64,000 bases of DNA from NCBI GenBank assembly GCA_045578255.1, contig JAZNJW010000003.1:8282-72281 (forward strand), read 5' to 3'. Origin of the DNA: Paludibacteraceae bacterium. GTDB taxonomy: Bacteria; Bacteroidota; Bacteroidia; Bacteroidales; Paludibacteraceae. Below are positions 40,792 through 49,030 of the stretch, piece after piece. The translations under genes were made by a program, and so were the position numbers. Below the pieces are notes generated by a model. That model was not told where the DNA came from. It saw only the letters and a list, made by a program, of their open reading frames with translations, and did not search any database. Every line of letters begins with the position of its first letter. Position 1 is the first letter of the stretch.

Positions 40792-42764
40792 TTGATGTCA
40801 GGTAAGAAAGAATAGTCGCGAGAGTAGCGGAGGTGCTGCTCGATATAACCCTCGGTGTAGTCGAGAGTGACATCTGTGATATTGCCTTCTGCATCATAGT
40901 GCGCGGTGTAAACAGGGTTAACGAAGCCCTTGTATGGTGCGAGGTTGAGTTTCTCATAACGCTCCAAAATCTCGCGGTGCAAGTCTTGATCTACTTTCAC
41001 AGCGTATTCCTCAACCATCGCTTTAGCAGCAGGATAGTCGCCCTCTGAGGTGATGCGTTGAATCTCACGTAGTAACTCGCCATAGAGGCGGCGAACGCCC
41101 TCGTAATCATTGATTTGGAGGTAGTGTTTGCCATCGCGTTCGATAATCTCTACCTCTTTGTTTTGAGCGTTCTTATATACCCAAAGAGCAATCAACTGAC
41201 GGTTGCGCATGTGCGATTCCTCGATGTCTTTGCCTGGCTCGATACGCACGAGTTGGGTCATGAGACCATTCATCATCTGTTGGTAGTAGAAGCCCTTGTA
41301 TGCCTCTTCATCCTCCAACAAGCCAAGCTCTACCAATTTAGGGTCAGCCATATAGTAGAGACCGAGCAAGTCGGCACGTGCCTCCTCGATAGTAGAAGCG
41401 TGCTCCTTGAGCGCATCTTTGGTAACGCCTGGCATGAGTTTGCCAGATCCGTGACCTACGCACTCGTGGAGGTCGGTATGCAAGTCGCCGCAAGCACCTG
41501 CTTTCTCGTACATAGCAATCACCTCTGGGCTAATCATAAACTCCTCGTTGAAGCCATTGCCTTTGGCAGCTTCGTTGTAAGCGTGGGTGATATTGTCGAT
41601 CGTGACGGACTTAGAACCATAGTCTTTGCGAATCCAGTTGGCATTAGGCAGATTGATGCCGATAGGGGTAGCAGGATAGCAGTCGCCTGCCAAGATAGCT
41701 GCGGTGATAACCTTTGCGCTCACGCCTTTAACTTCCTCTTTCTTGTATTTCTTATCGGTTGGGGAGTTGTCCTCGAACCATTGTGCGTTGTCGGAGATGG
41801 TTTGGCAACGGTGGGTAGCACGCATGTCTTTGAAGTTCACAAGTGACTCCCAAGTACCTGTAATGCCCAGAGGGTCAGCATATGTCTCGGTAAAACCATT
41901 CACGAAGTCCACGCGGCTGTTGAGGTCTTTCACCCAAGCGATGCAGTATTCGTTGAAAGCGCGAAGGTCGCCTGTCTTATTGAACTCAATCATCTTTTCA
42001 ATAACGAGGCGTTGTTGCTCGTTCTCAGCGAAAGGCAGGGCTTTCTCGAGGTGCTCAACCACATGGCTGAGTGCTTCGCCGTACATGCCACCTACTTTAT
42101 ATACGCGCTCTACCACTTTGCCGTTCTCCTTCACGAGCTTGCTGTTGAGACCAATCCAGAGTGGCTCTGCGGAGTTGTCTTTGTGTGCCTCGTAGTATGC
42201 TTCTGCTTCGGCTTGGGTCACGCCCTCATAGTAGTTGTTGGCAGACGCAAGGAGCAGGTCTTCGCCGTCAAGACTCAAACTCTTTGGCATTACGGTTGGG
42301 TCGAAGATGACTGGCAGAATTGCCTCGTCGTAGGTCACACCTGCTTCAGCACAAGCGTTTACGAACCACTCTTGAGAGAATTCTGGTTGGAACTTGTCAG
42401 AAGCGTAGTGGTGGTGAATACCGTTGGCAAACCATACGCGTTTGAGGTATTTCTCGAAGTTGAGGAATTCCTCGCTTGTCTTATCGCCCTTGTATTGAGT
42501 GTATAGGGCTTCGAGTGCGCGACGGATACGCAGGTTGTAGCGACCGTTTTGATCATAGAGGATATCACGACCGTGCAAAGCTGCTTCGGTGAGGTGATAA
42601 ACGAGGGTCTTTTGTTGCAGACTCAGTGAGTCAAACTCTGGCACTTGGTAGCGCAGAATTTCGAGGTCATAAAACTTGTCCACGGTGTAGTCAAATGTTT
42701 GTTCTTGTTTGCAGCATGCGCTGAGTGCTACGAGCGCAAGGCCAAATAGGATTGTTTTTTTCAT
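40788..42764 (-). CDS. Dipeptidyl-peptidase III (peptidase family M49), lipoprotein/exported
   Basis: Zinc motifs HECVGHGSG and EEARADL (M49 HExxGH / EExRA(D/E)). Signal peptide with Cys (LVALSACC). Confidence 0.85.
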   Translation of the reverse strand: MKKTILFGLALVALSACCKQEQTFDYTVDKFYDLEILRYQVPEFDSLSLQQKTLVYHLTEAALHGRDILYDQNGRYNLRIRRALEALYTQYKGDKTSEEFLNFEKYLKRVWFANGIHHHYASDKFQPEFSQEWFVNACAEAGVTYDEAILPVIFDPTVMPKSLSLDGEDLLLASANNYYEGVTQAEAEAYYEAHKDNSAEPLWIGLNSKLVKENGKVVERVYKVGGMYGEALSHVVEHLEKALPFAENEQQRLVIEKMIEFNKTGDLRAFNEYCIAWVKDLNSRVDFVNGFTETYADPLGITGTWESLVNFKDMRATHRCQTISDNAQWFEDNSPTDKKYKKEEVKGVSAKVITAAILAGDCYPATPIGINLPNANWIRKDYGSKSVTIDNITHAYNEAAKGNGFNEEFMISPEVIAMYEKAGACGDLHTDLHECVGHGSGKLMPGVTKDALKEHASTIEEARADLLGLYYMADPKLVELGLLEDEEAYKGFYYQQMMNGLMTQLVRIEPGKDIEESHMRNRQLIALWVYKNAQNKEVEIIERDGKHYLQINDYEGVRRLYGELLREIQRITSEGDYPAAKAMVEEYAVKVDQDLHREILERYEKLNLAPYKGFVNPVYTAHYDAEGNITDVTLDYTEGYIEQHLRYSRDYSFLPDIN

Positions 42765-42798
42765 ATGATTTGAAATTTGTTGTCTGTATATTTCGCTG

Positions 42799-42806
42799 CA
42801 AAGGTA
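42799..42806 (-). promoter_or_regulatory. -7 box (minus strand) for the DPP III-aroA operon
   Basis: CAAAGGTA followed by T9, about 35 nt upstream of the start at 42764. Confidence 0.6.
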
Positions 42807-42967
42807 GTATTTTTTTTTGAAATATGCAAGTTTTTTTGAATTGACTTCATATTTCCCGTTTTCACTTTCGATGCAGTTCTATATATTATAGTAATGCCGT
42901 ATCTTCGGCATTTTAGCGGTTTTGCGCCGAAGGTTTGAGAATTTGGAGAGTAAAATGGTATATATAA

Positions 42968-43018
42968 CACGCGGAAGCATCTGTATTACAAGAGCTTCCG
43001 CGTGAGTGTATTTTTTTT
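42968..43018. terminator. 11-bp-stem hairpin + T8 at the left edge of the AT-rich island
   Basis: CACGCGGAAGC-N15-GCTTCCGCGTG, then AGTGTA and TTTTTTTT. Confidence 0.55.
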
Positions 43019-43206
43019 AAAAAGTTTTCTTCGCGCGAAGATTCTGCCGAAAATTAAAAGTTATCAGTTTCGAGAGAAAATATTCTTTTTGATGTATGTA
43101 GAATATCAAAAATACTATGTAATAACCGAAACTATAATCTCGTGTTTAGTTGTGTTAAGTTATAGCGAATTGGAGAATTTGAAATGATAAGAGAGAACCT
43201 CATCAA

Positions 43207-43851
43207 CTACACAAATCGATTAGAATTATGCAAACTTAATAATTGATATTCTTCAAGCATCTCCCATTTGGGCATATACCCTAAACAAGAAGACTCCCAA
43301 TCCTTTATTTTTTGCAAAAAAATATCCTTAATTGCTACGATATATTCATATTCCCAACCATTTGAATATTCAACTGATGTTCTAAATATTGCTATCTCAT
43401 CATTATGTCTATAAGCAGCTTCTAACCATAAAAAGATAGTTTGTTTTGGCAGTAATGTATATGTATCATCATCTATGTTATTCAAATCTAGAGCGAAAAG
43501 GTATTGTAAATATTTCTTTTCATCAATCGTATAGTTTTTTCGCTCTAATTTGTTTAATAATTTATTATAAATTCTCTTTCCTTCGTTTCGTTTTGACCGC
43601 TTTACCTTATGTAATATCGACTGTTCGTATTCACCTGAGCAAAAAGATACACTAATTTCTTGCGTATTTCCCTCCACATCTATCAATAAATAGTAAGCAT
43701 GACACCCCGTATACCTTATGGCACTATCTCCATATATAAATCCAAAAACACCTTGTTCTTCATATTTACCAATATAGTATGCCGCATAATGATGCGATTC
43801 TTTTGCAACTGCATCTGCTATTTTCTGATATCTTTTACAATATTTCCACAT
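43207..43851 (-). CDS. Hypothetical 214-aa protein, translationally coupled to the GmrSD-like gene
   Basis: The ATG at 43849-43851 lies 2 nt after the upstream TAA (43854-43856). No signal peptide, TM helix or motif that I recognise. Confidence 0.65.
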   Translation of the reverse strand: MWKYCKRYQKIADAVAKESHHYAAYYIGKYEEQGVFGFIYGDSAIRYTGCHAYYLLIDVEGNTQEISVSFCSGEYEQSILHKVKRSKRNEGKRIYNKLLNKLERKNYTIDEKKYLQYLFALDLNNIDDDTYTLLPKQTIFLWLEAAYRHNDEIAIFRTSVEYSNGWEYEYIVAIKDIFLQKIKDWESSCLGYMPKWEMLEEYQLLSLHNSNRFV

Positions 43852-43853
43852 AA

Positions 43854-45932
43854 TTATTCTGTTTTTCTTTGCGGATGAAGTACAATAGATATAGCATCTG
43901 TTTCGTATTCATACATGGTAAGTAGCCTATATAATTGGCGAAGCTTGTTGTGTGTGTTACATGCAACCTTAAGATATAGATTTTCGGAGATTTGGTTAAA
44001 TCCTTCTTCTGGATGTGTTTCATAGAATCCTTCTTGAGGATTTTGTGCCAAATAATTTAATTTTGAGTTGTCTTTTTCATACAATGTTTTTACGATACGA
44101 GTAAAAGCATCTGCCCAACTGTCCACATTAACAACTAAGCCTTCAAAACGGTAACATTTGATATATCGACCTTTAAATTCAAATTCGGCATCAATAGGAA
44201 TAAATTCCTCTTCTGACACGATTGGTTTATAGTGAGTTGTTGGATATGGCCATATTTTGCAAGCTTGTTCTGCAAACCAATTGCACCGCGTTTTTATGTT
44301 TTGTAGAGTCCAATGTTCTTGTTCACTCACATACTTATTCATTGCCACACAACTATCTTTAAACCCTTTCATATCTTGCAAGGTAGGTATGCCGTCACGC
44401 TTCTCAGAGAATTTGCGGTTACTATACTCTGAGTTATATGCTGTCAATGTTAAGTTTCCTATATTATGTAACCATTTATCATATTCTTCTTCAGTAATAT
44501 CTCCCAACTCTATTTTCCAATCGTCTGATAGAGTTTGTGGCATAATATGTTCAATACTTAATACACCATCCTCAATTTTCATTTTCGTACCAACCGCCTC
44601 TTTATTCATTGCTTCTTCAAATTTATAGAACAAATACAAGCGATAGTTACTTCTCATCTTATATACTTCTCTTTCTTCAAAACTCAGTTTAAACTTTTCA
44701 TCATTTGGAAACTCCCAATAGGTAATACCATGTTGAAGTAAGTAGATGAAAACATCAAGATATGTGAAATTATCATACATCATTTTGATAATTCGATTAT
44801 GAAGATTTACAAAAATCTTGTTTAGTCCAGTATTGTAAAATCCACTCATAATACGGCGGAAGAGAAATACTTCAAGCACTCCCAAAACTTTTTCTGCTTC
44901 ATTATCGGAAATACCTCCTTGTCTGTGGTAAGCCAATAATGCTAGTAAAAATGGATATGTCGTAGTTAATTCTAACTGCTCCAAATCCGTCATTATGGCG
45001 TTCGCTTTATTTGTGCCTATTTTGGACTCCTTAATGGATTTGAAAATAGTTGCATAATATTTTAGATCTGTTAACAAGGGTTCTACATCACTGGCATAAT
45101 TCTCTAATACGAAATCCTTAAACACTTTGTAAACATCATTTCTATTAGGAATATAATTCAATCTCATGGTAAGGTAATCTCGCATGAAGTCTTCCATATA
45201 GATATTGGTGCTAATTTCTATAGGCAACCAATAATTATTGTAAATGTGTTCTTGTCGTTTTGCATCAAGATTCATCAATACAAAATTGCGTATTTTATCT
45301 GTTTCATTGAGACTGACACCAGTAGAATTGATAGTTTCAAATACAAGTTGAGCATTATCTCCATATTGTGGTTCTAATGAAATCTGTACAAATTCTAGCC
45401 TGTTTTTTATTGCTTCGTAAAACTTTGTTGCATCTACATTTTGGGATATTAGTTCGTTGTAAAAGAATTTGTAGTTGATAGTTATTTGTGATGTCTCAAT
45501 ATAATTTTGCGCATCACCAAATAATGCGTCATAAGCTTTGCAATCATCACGAAATGGTTTTAATTTCATGCGATGTTCTTCTGTACTACTGAATTGATTA
45601 ACAAGAAACTCGTATTCAATTTGATTAGCAAGAGATGGATTTGTGACCTCTATTTCGCCATTTTTGATGGCATTTCGCAAAGCAAGTAAAAGAATAGATA
45701 TCGTTGTTATACGCTGTTGCCCATCTATCACAATAAAAGAATCCGCATGGTCTACAAAGACAACACTTCCGATAAAATGTTTTTTGCGTTCATCATTACA
45801 GATATTTAGTATATCATCAAATAATAGCTTGCAATTTTCTTTTCTCCATGTATAATTGCGTTGATATACTGGCACTACCAAAGGTTTGGTACTATGAAAG
45901 AATTTCGCTAAAAAAGTTTCTTGACCTCTCAT
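43854..45932 (-). CDS. GmrSD-family type IV restriction-like nuclease (N-terminal DUF262 + C-terminal DUF1524) with an extra C-terminal extension
   Basis: DUF262 motifs PVYQRNYTW and VIDGQQRITT. DUF1524 His-Me-type motifs SIEHIMPQ and WLHNIGNLTLTAYNSEYSN. More than 100 residues follow the last motif. Confidence 0.85.
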   Translation of the reverse strand: MRGQETFLAKFFHSTKPLVVPVYQRNYTWRKENCKLLFDDILNICNDERKKHFIGSVVFVDHADSFIVIDGQQRITTISILLLALRNAIKNGEIEVTNPSLANQIEYEFLVNQFSSTEEHRMKLKPFRDDCKAYDALFGDAQNYIETSQITINYKFFYNELISQNVDATKFYEAIKNRLEFVQISLEPQYGDNAQLVFETINSTGVSLNETDKIRNFVLMNLDAKRQEHIYNNYWLPIEISTNIYMEDFMRDYLTMRLNYIPNRNDVYKVFKDFVLENYASDVEPLLTDLKYYATIFKSIKESKIGTNKANAIMTDLEQLELTTTYPFLLALLAYHRQGGISDNEAEKVLGVLEVFLFRRIMSGFYNTGLNKIFVNLHNRIIKMMYDNFTYLDVFIYLLQHGITYWEFPNDEKFKLSFEEREVYKMRSNYRLYLFYKFEEAMNKEAVGTKMKIEDGVLSIEHIMPQTLSDDWKIELGDITEEEYDKWLHNIGNLTLTAYNSEYSNRKFSEKRDGIPTLQDMKGFKDSCVAMNKYVSEQEHWTLQNIKTRCNWFAEQACKIWPYPTTHYKPIVSEEEFIPIDAEFEFKGRYIKCYRFEGLVVNVDSWADAFTRIVKTLYEKDNSKLNYLAQNPQEGFYETHPEEGFNQISENLYLKVACNTHNKLRQLYRLLTMYEYETDAISIVLHPQRKTE

Positions 45933-45981
45933 GATATTGGAATTTTACTTATTGTTTACTTAGGTTTTGTTTTTTACTCGG

Positions 45982-45989
45982 CAAAGATA
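45982..45989 (-). promoter_or_regulatory. -7 box (TATCTTTG on minus strand) for the GmrSD-like operon
   Basis: CAAAGATA lies about 50 nt upstream of the start at 45932. Confidence 0.5.
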
Positions 45990-46015
45990 GTGAATTATAT
46001 TGAATTGAGCAAGAG

Positions 46016-47020
46016 TTATTTCTCCGTCAGTTTTTTTATTTCGCGGTCGAAGTCGGAAATGATTTTCTGAGTTTTATTAAATTCCATGTACTCATCTTCT
46101 GCTTTTTTATCCGCTTGTGAACGAGAAACGCGCCCTTTATCCGTCAGTATTTGGTATTTGCGAAACTCTAAAAACTCATTTACACTATTTGCAAACTCCG
46201 CCATTGTAAAAGTATTCTCTTGCTCGATAAGGTCTTCGATATAATCAAAATATCCCGTTACTGCACGCTCTAATCGGCGTATTTGTTTTTCATCTAAATA
46301 ATTTTTAGCAATGGTTACATCCGATTTTAAGATTCTACCATCTGGCGCATACTTCCATGTTGTCAATCCCATGTGCTCCTTTGTATGATCTGCTTTGGAG
46401 TGAACAATCTCTGCTGCTGTTTGCCCTGTAATAGCATAGTGAAATTTATTTTGCACCATGGCATAGAACTCTTGCGTAATAGGAGAAGTACGGTCATAGT
46501 CCAAACTGCATTCTGCAAAGATGTCCGTTATCTGTTGCCATATACGACGCTCGCTGGCACGAATAGAACGAACGCGCTCTAGCAATTCACGGAAATAATC
46601 TTTGCCAAAAGCAGTGGTTCCTTGTTTCAATCGTTCATCATCCAACACAAAGCCCTTTTGGATAAACTCTTTGAGAATCTTAGTCGCCCAAATACGGAAA
46701 TGAGTAGCTTTAGCTGAATTAACTCTATAACCAACAGAAATAATTGCATCAAGGTTGTAGAAGTTCGTTTCCTTTTGTTGCGTTTTGCCTTCTATCGCAC
46801 CATGTTGAGTGGTTATTTCCATTTTGGAAACAACCATATTTTCTGCCAGTTCTCCCTCTTCAAAAATATTCTTTAGATGCTTACTAATAGCAGGAACTTG
46901 TACACCAAACAATTCAGCCATTGCTTTTTGTGTCAGCCAAAGTGTTTCATCCTTTACCACCGCTTCAATGTTGACATTTCCCTGTGGGGTCTGGTAGATT
47001 ATAAAATTTATCTCATTCAT
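46016..47020 (-). CDS. RhuM-family protein
   Basis: N-terminus IIYQTPQGNVNIEAVVKDETLWLTQKAMAELFGVQVPAISKHLKNIFEEGEL and YNLDAIISVGYRVNS are characteristic of the RhuM family. Confidence 0.8.
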   Translation of the reverse strand: MNEINFIIYQTPQGNVNIEAVVKDETLWLTQKAMAELFGVQVPAISKHLKNIFEEGELAENMVVSKMEITTQHGAIEGKTQQKETNFYNLDAIISVGYRVNSAKATHFRIWATKILKEFIQKGFVLDDERLKQGTTAFGKDYFRELLERVRSIRASERRIWQQITDIFAECSLDYDRTSPITQEFYAMVQNKFHYAITGQTAAEIVHSKADHTKEHMGLTTWKYAPDGRILKSDVTIAKNYLDEKQIRRLERAVTGYFDYIEDLIEQENTFTMAEFANSVNEFLEFRKYQILTDKGRVSRSQADKKAEDEYMEFNKTQKIISDFDREIKKLTEK

Positions 47021-47052
47021 ATCTCTATTGGTTCAATATCACTTTCACTCTG

Positions 47053-47060
47053 CAAAGATA
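47053..47060 (-). promoter_or_regulatory. -7 box (minus strand) for the RhuM-family gene
   Basis: CAAAGATA followed by T9, about 35 nt upstream of the start at 47020. Confidence 0.5.
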
Positions 47061-47237
47061 CACTTTTTTTTGCATCCCTGCAAATAAATTCGCTATTAGA
47101 GCGATTTTATCTGATGTTGAGTGTTTGTTCGAGTCAAAACATATTGATAAAAGCCTCTATTAATACCCATATACAGAAAACTGCTAATAATAGGTCAAGA
47201 ATTATTATAATTAATCTATCCATAATTTAGAATTGCA

Positions 47238-47444
47238 TTAAAAGTCATTATCCTCATACGAATCAAATTCCGACATACCATCGCTATCGTAGTCGTCACA
47301 GTCCCAATCTTCGCGAGAACTCCAATTACCAGAACCACTTGCGCGATGACGGCGGTCTTCATGAATGCTACGGTAGTCTTCAATGTCAAATTGTCCGTTG
47401 GTTGTGCTCTCATCAGAGCCAAAGAGAAAATCAAATAGTCCCAT
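47238..47444 (-). CDS. Hypothetical 68-aa hyper-acidic protein
   Basis: 20 Asp/Glu against 5 Arg and 0 Lys, by my count. Own TAnnTTTG box upstream. An overlapping 78-aa ORF in another frame looks less protein-like. Confidence 0.45.
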   Translation of the reverse strand: MGLFDFLFGSDESTTNGQFDIEDYRSIHEDRRHRASGSGNWSSREDWDCDDYDSDGMSEFDSYEDNDF

Positions 47445-47493
47445 AATCTCATTATTTAAAGGTTAAACATATGTTTATTTCTGAAATCCGCTG

Positions 47494-47501
47494 CAAAATT
47501 A
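47494..47501 (-). promoter_or_regulatory. -7 box (TAATTTTG on minus strand) for the acidic ORF
   Basis: Matches TAnnTTTG about 50 nt upstream of the start at 47444. Confidence 0.4.
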
Positions 47502-47537
47502 CTACATCAAACTGCTAAAACTTGTCAGTTTGTAAAG

Positions 47538-47573
47538 AAAAATGCACTTTTTTTGCTGAAAAGTGCATTTTTT
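47538..47573. terminator. Bidirectional hairpin insulating the island from the phosphorylase gene
   Basis: 14-bp stem AAAAATGCACTTTT / AAAAGTGCATTTTT with a 7-nt loop. Confidence 0.65.
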
Positions 47574-47603
47574 GTGGTTATCAAGGGTGAAATACAATAA
47601 AAA

Positions 47604-47619
47604 GTGAGCTCGAGCTCAC
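47604..47619. repeat. Perfect 16-bp palindrome GTGAGCTCGAGCTCAC
   Basis: Read directly. Lies where the composition shifts back to GC-richer sequence. Confidence 0.9.
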
Positions 47620-47621
47620 AA

Positions 47622-47860
47622 GTTAGTCAACTTTTTCAGTAATCGAGTCAACCTTTTTCAGGTTTAGTCAAGGTTTAGTCATGGGGAGTTGAGTCGGAGT
47701 TCTCTCGGTCATCGGTCGGTGGAATTAGGGAATGTATAAGAGAGTGAAAAGAGACGGCAATCTTAATAAACAGCACTTTTTGTATTTGGGAGTTCTTTGG
47801 TCGTTCCATGGTTCTTCTTTGGTTTCTCCTTGGTCTTTTACCCGAGGGAAATAGAGAAGG
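47622..47860. repeat. Non-coding block of stuttering direct repeats
   Basis: AGTCAAC(C)TTTTTCAG x2, GGTTTAGTCA x2, TCGGTC x2 and TTCTTTGGT-type words x3-4. AATCTTAATAAA occurs at 47759-47770 and again just downstream of the block at 47874-47885. Confidence 0.8.
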
Positions 47861-47882
47861 TACAAAGGTGGGAAATCTTAAT

Positions 47883-47919
47883 AAAACGCCACTTGTGCAT
47901 GAAACACAAATGGCGTTTT
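47883..47919 (-). terminator. Terminator of the nucleoside phosphorylase gene
   Basis: 15-bp stem AAAACGCCACTTGTG / CACAAATGGCGTTTT with one mismatch. Confidence 0.7.
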
Positions 47920-47992
47920 AGTGGTATTTTGAGAAGTTAATGACTTTGGGGCAGTAAGGACTTTATAGTCGTTAGGGACTTTAAAGCCAACG

Positions 47993-48871
47993 TTAAATTC
48001 TCTCCAGTACGGTTTGTACGAGTTGTTTGATACGAGGTTTGTAGTCGGTATTCGCCGCTTCGACTTTGCGTTGAGCGATGACACAGCAGACGGTCATGGC
48101 CTTGTGTCCCATCAGCAAGCTGAGGCCTGCGATAGCACTACCCTCCATCTCGTAATTGGTGATGCGTTGTCCCTCATAACGGAAGTCAGTGATACGTTCG
48201 TTGATGTCCTTCACCGCCAAATCACAGCGCAACACACGGCCTTGAGGGCCATAGAAACCGTTGGCAGCGATAGTGCAACCACGCATCATGTCATCGCCTG
48301 CGATGCGATTGACCAGTTCGGGGTTAGCAGCCACTACATATGGGCGAGCCGCTTTGGCAGGATAGTGGATGAAGTCCACGAGTGTATCCTCAAAACCGAG
48401 GTCGGCAATCTCATCACGGCCTTCGTAGAAAGCCAAGACACCGTCCCAACCGATGGACTTCTCGCTCACGAGGAAAGTGCCAAGAGGGATGTCCTCTTGC
48501 ATGCCTCCGCACGTGCCGATGCGCACAATCTCAAGTGTGCGGTGCTCGTCTTTCTCGGTGCGAGTGGCGAAGTCGATGTTGGCGAGAGCGTCCAATTCGT
48601 TGAGCACAATATCGCAGTTGTCGGTACCGATACCCGTAGAGATACAAGAGATGCGTTTGCCGTGGTATTTACCTGTGATAGTATGGAACTCACGGCTTTG
48701 GATATCGCATTCAATGCTGCCTTCGTCAAAAAACGAAGCCACCATGTTGACGCGACCTTGGTCGCCGACCAATATCACCTTATCCGCCAGATGTTCGGGG
48801 CGAATGTGCAAATGGAATATGCTACCATCCTCATTGATAATGAGTTGGCTGGCAGGGAATGTCTTTTTCAT
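47993..48871 (-). CDS. Nucleoside phosphorylase (PNP/UDP family 1, uridine-phosphorylase-like)
   Basis: ADKVILVGDQGRV, ISTGIGTDN and EMEGSAIAG motifs. The 291-aa plus-strand ORF over the same DNA is a shadow. Confidence 0.85.
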   Translation of the reverse strand: MKKTFPASQLIINEDGSIFHLHIRPEHLADKVILVGDQGRVNMVASFFDEGSIECDIQSREFHTITGKYHGKRISCISTGIGTDNCDIVLNELDALANIDFATRTEKDEHRTLEIVRIGTCGGMQEDIPLGTFLVSEKSIGWDGVLAFYEGRDEIADLGFEDTLVDFIHYPAKAARPYVVAANPELVNRIAGDDMMRGCTIAANGFYGPQGRVLRCDLAVKDINERITDFRYEGQRITNYEMEGSAIAGLSLLMGHKAMTVCCVIAQRKVEAANTDYKPRIKQLVQTVLERI

Positions 48872-48885
48872 AGTAAAACGTTGTT

Positions 48886-49021
48886 TTAGACCGCTCGCGT
48901 TGCTCGCTGTTAGAAGTTAGACCACTGCGTTGTTAGAAGTTAGACTATGAAAATCTCTCAGCGCGAAGCGCGATCTAACAGCCGAAGGAGGTCTCTCTTC
49001 TCTCAGCCCGCAGGGCGGTCG
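48886..49021. repeat. Intergenic word-repeat block
   Basis: GTTAGAAGTTAGAC x2 (48909, 48932), CTCGCGTTGCTCGCTG, and TCTCAGCGCGAAGCGCGATC / TCTCAGCCCGCAGGGCGGTC. Confidence 0.8.
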
Positions 49022-49030
49022 GGTTAATGG

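Larger units (their letters stand above)
42968..47620. other. AT-rich accessory (defence-type) island between DPP III and the nucleoside phosphorylase gene
   Basis: Base composition is visibly much more AT-rich than both flanks. All four ORFs are on the minus strand, each with its own TAnnTTTG box. The island is bounded by strong hairpins and a palindrome. Confidence 0.6.

Noticed and set aside
42761-43187. Small ORFs (69 aa minus strand, 61 aa plus strand) in the DPP III / island spacer
   Set aside because: They overlap the DPP III promoter and the terminator hairpins, are AT-rich and low-complexity, and have no start context.
47216-47452. Alternative 78-aa ORF overlapping the acidic 68-aa ORF in another frame
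   Set aside because: Its hydrophobic, irregular sequence has no features and only one of the two frames can be real. The acidic frame has the better-placed ATG and promoter, though neither frame is proven.
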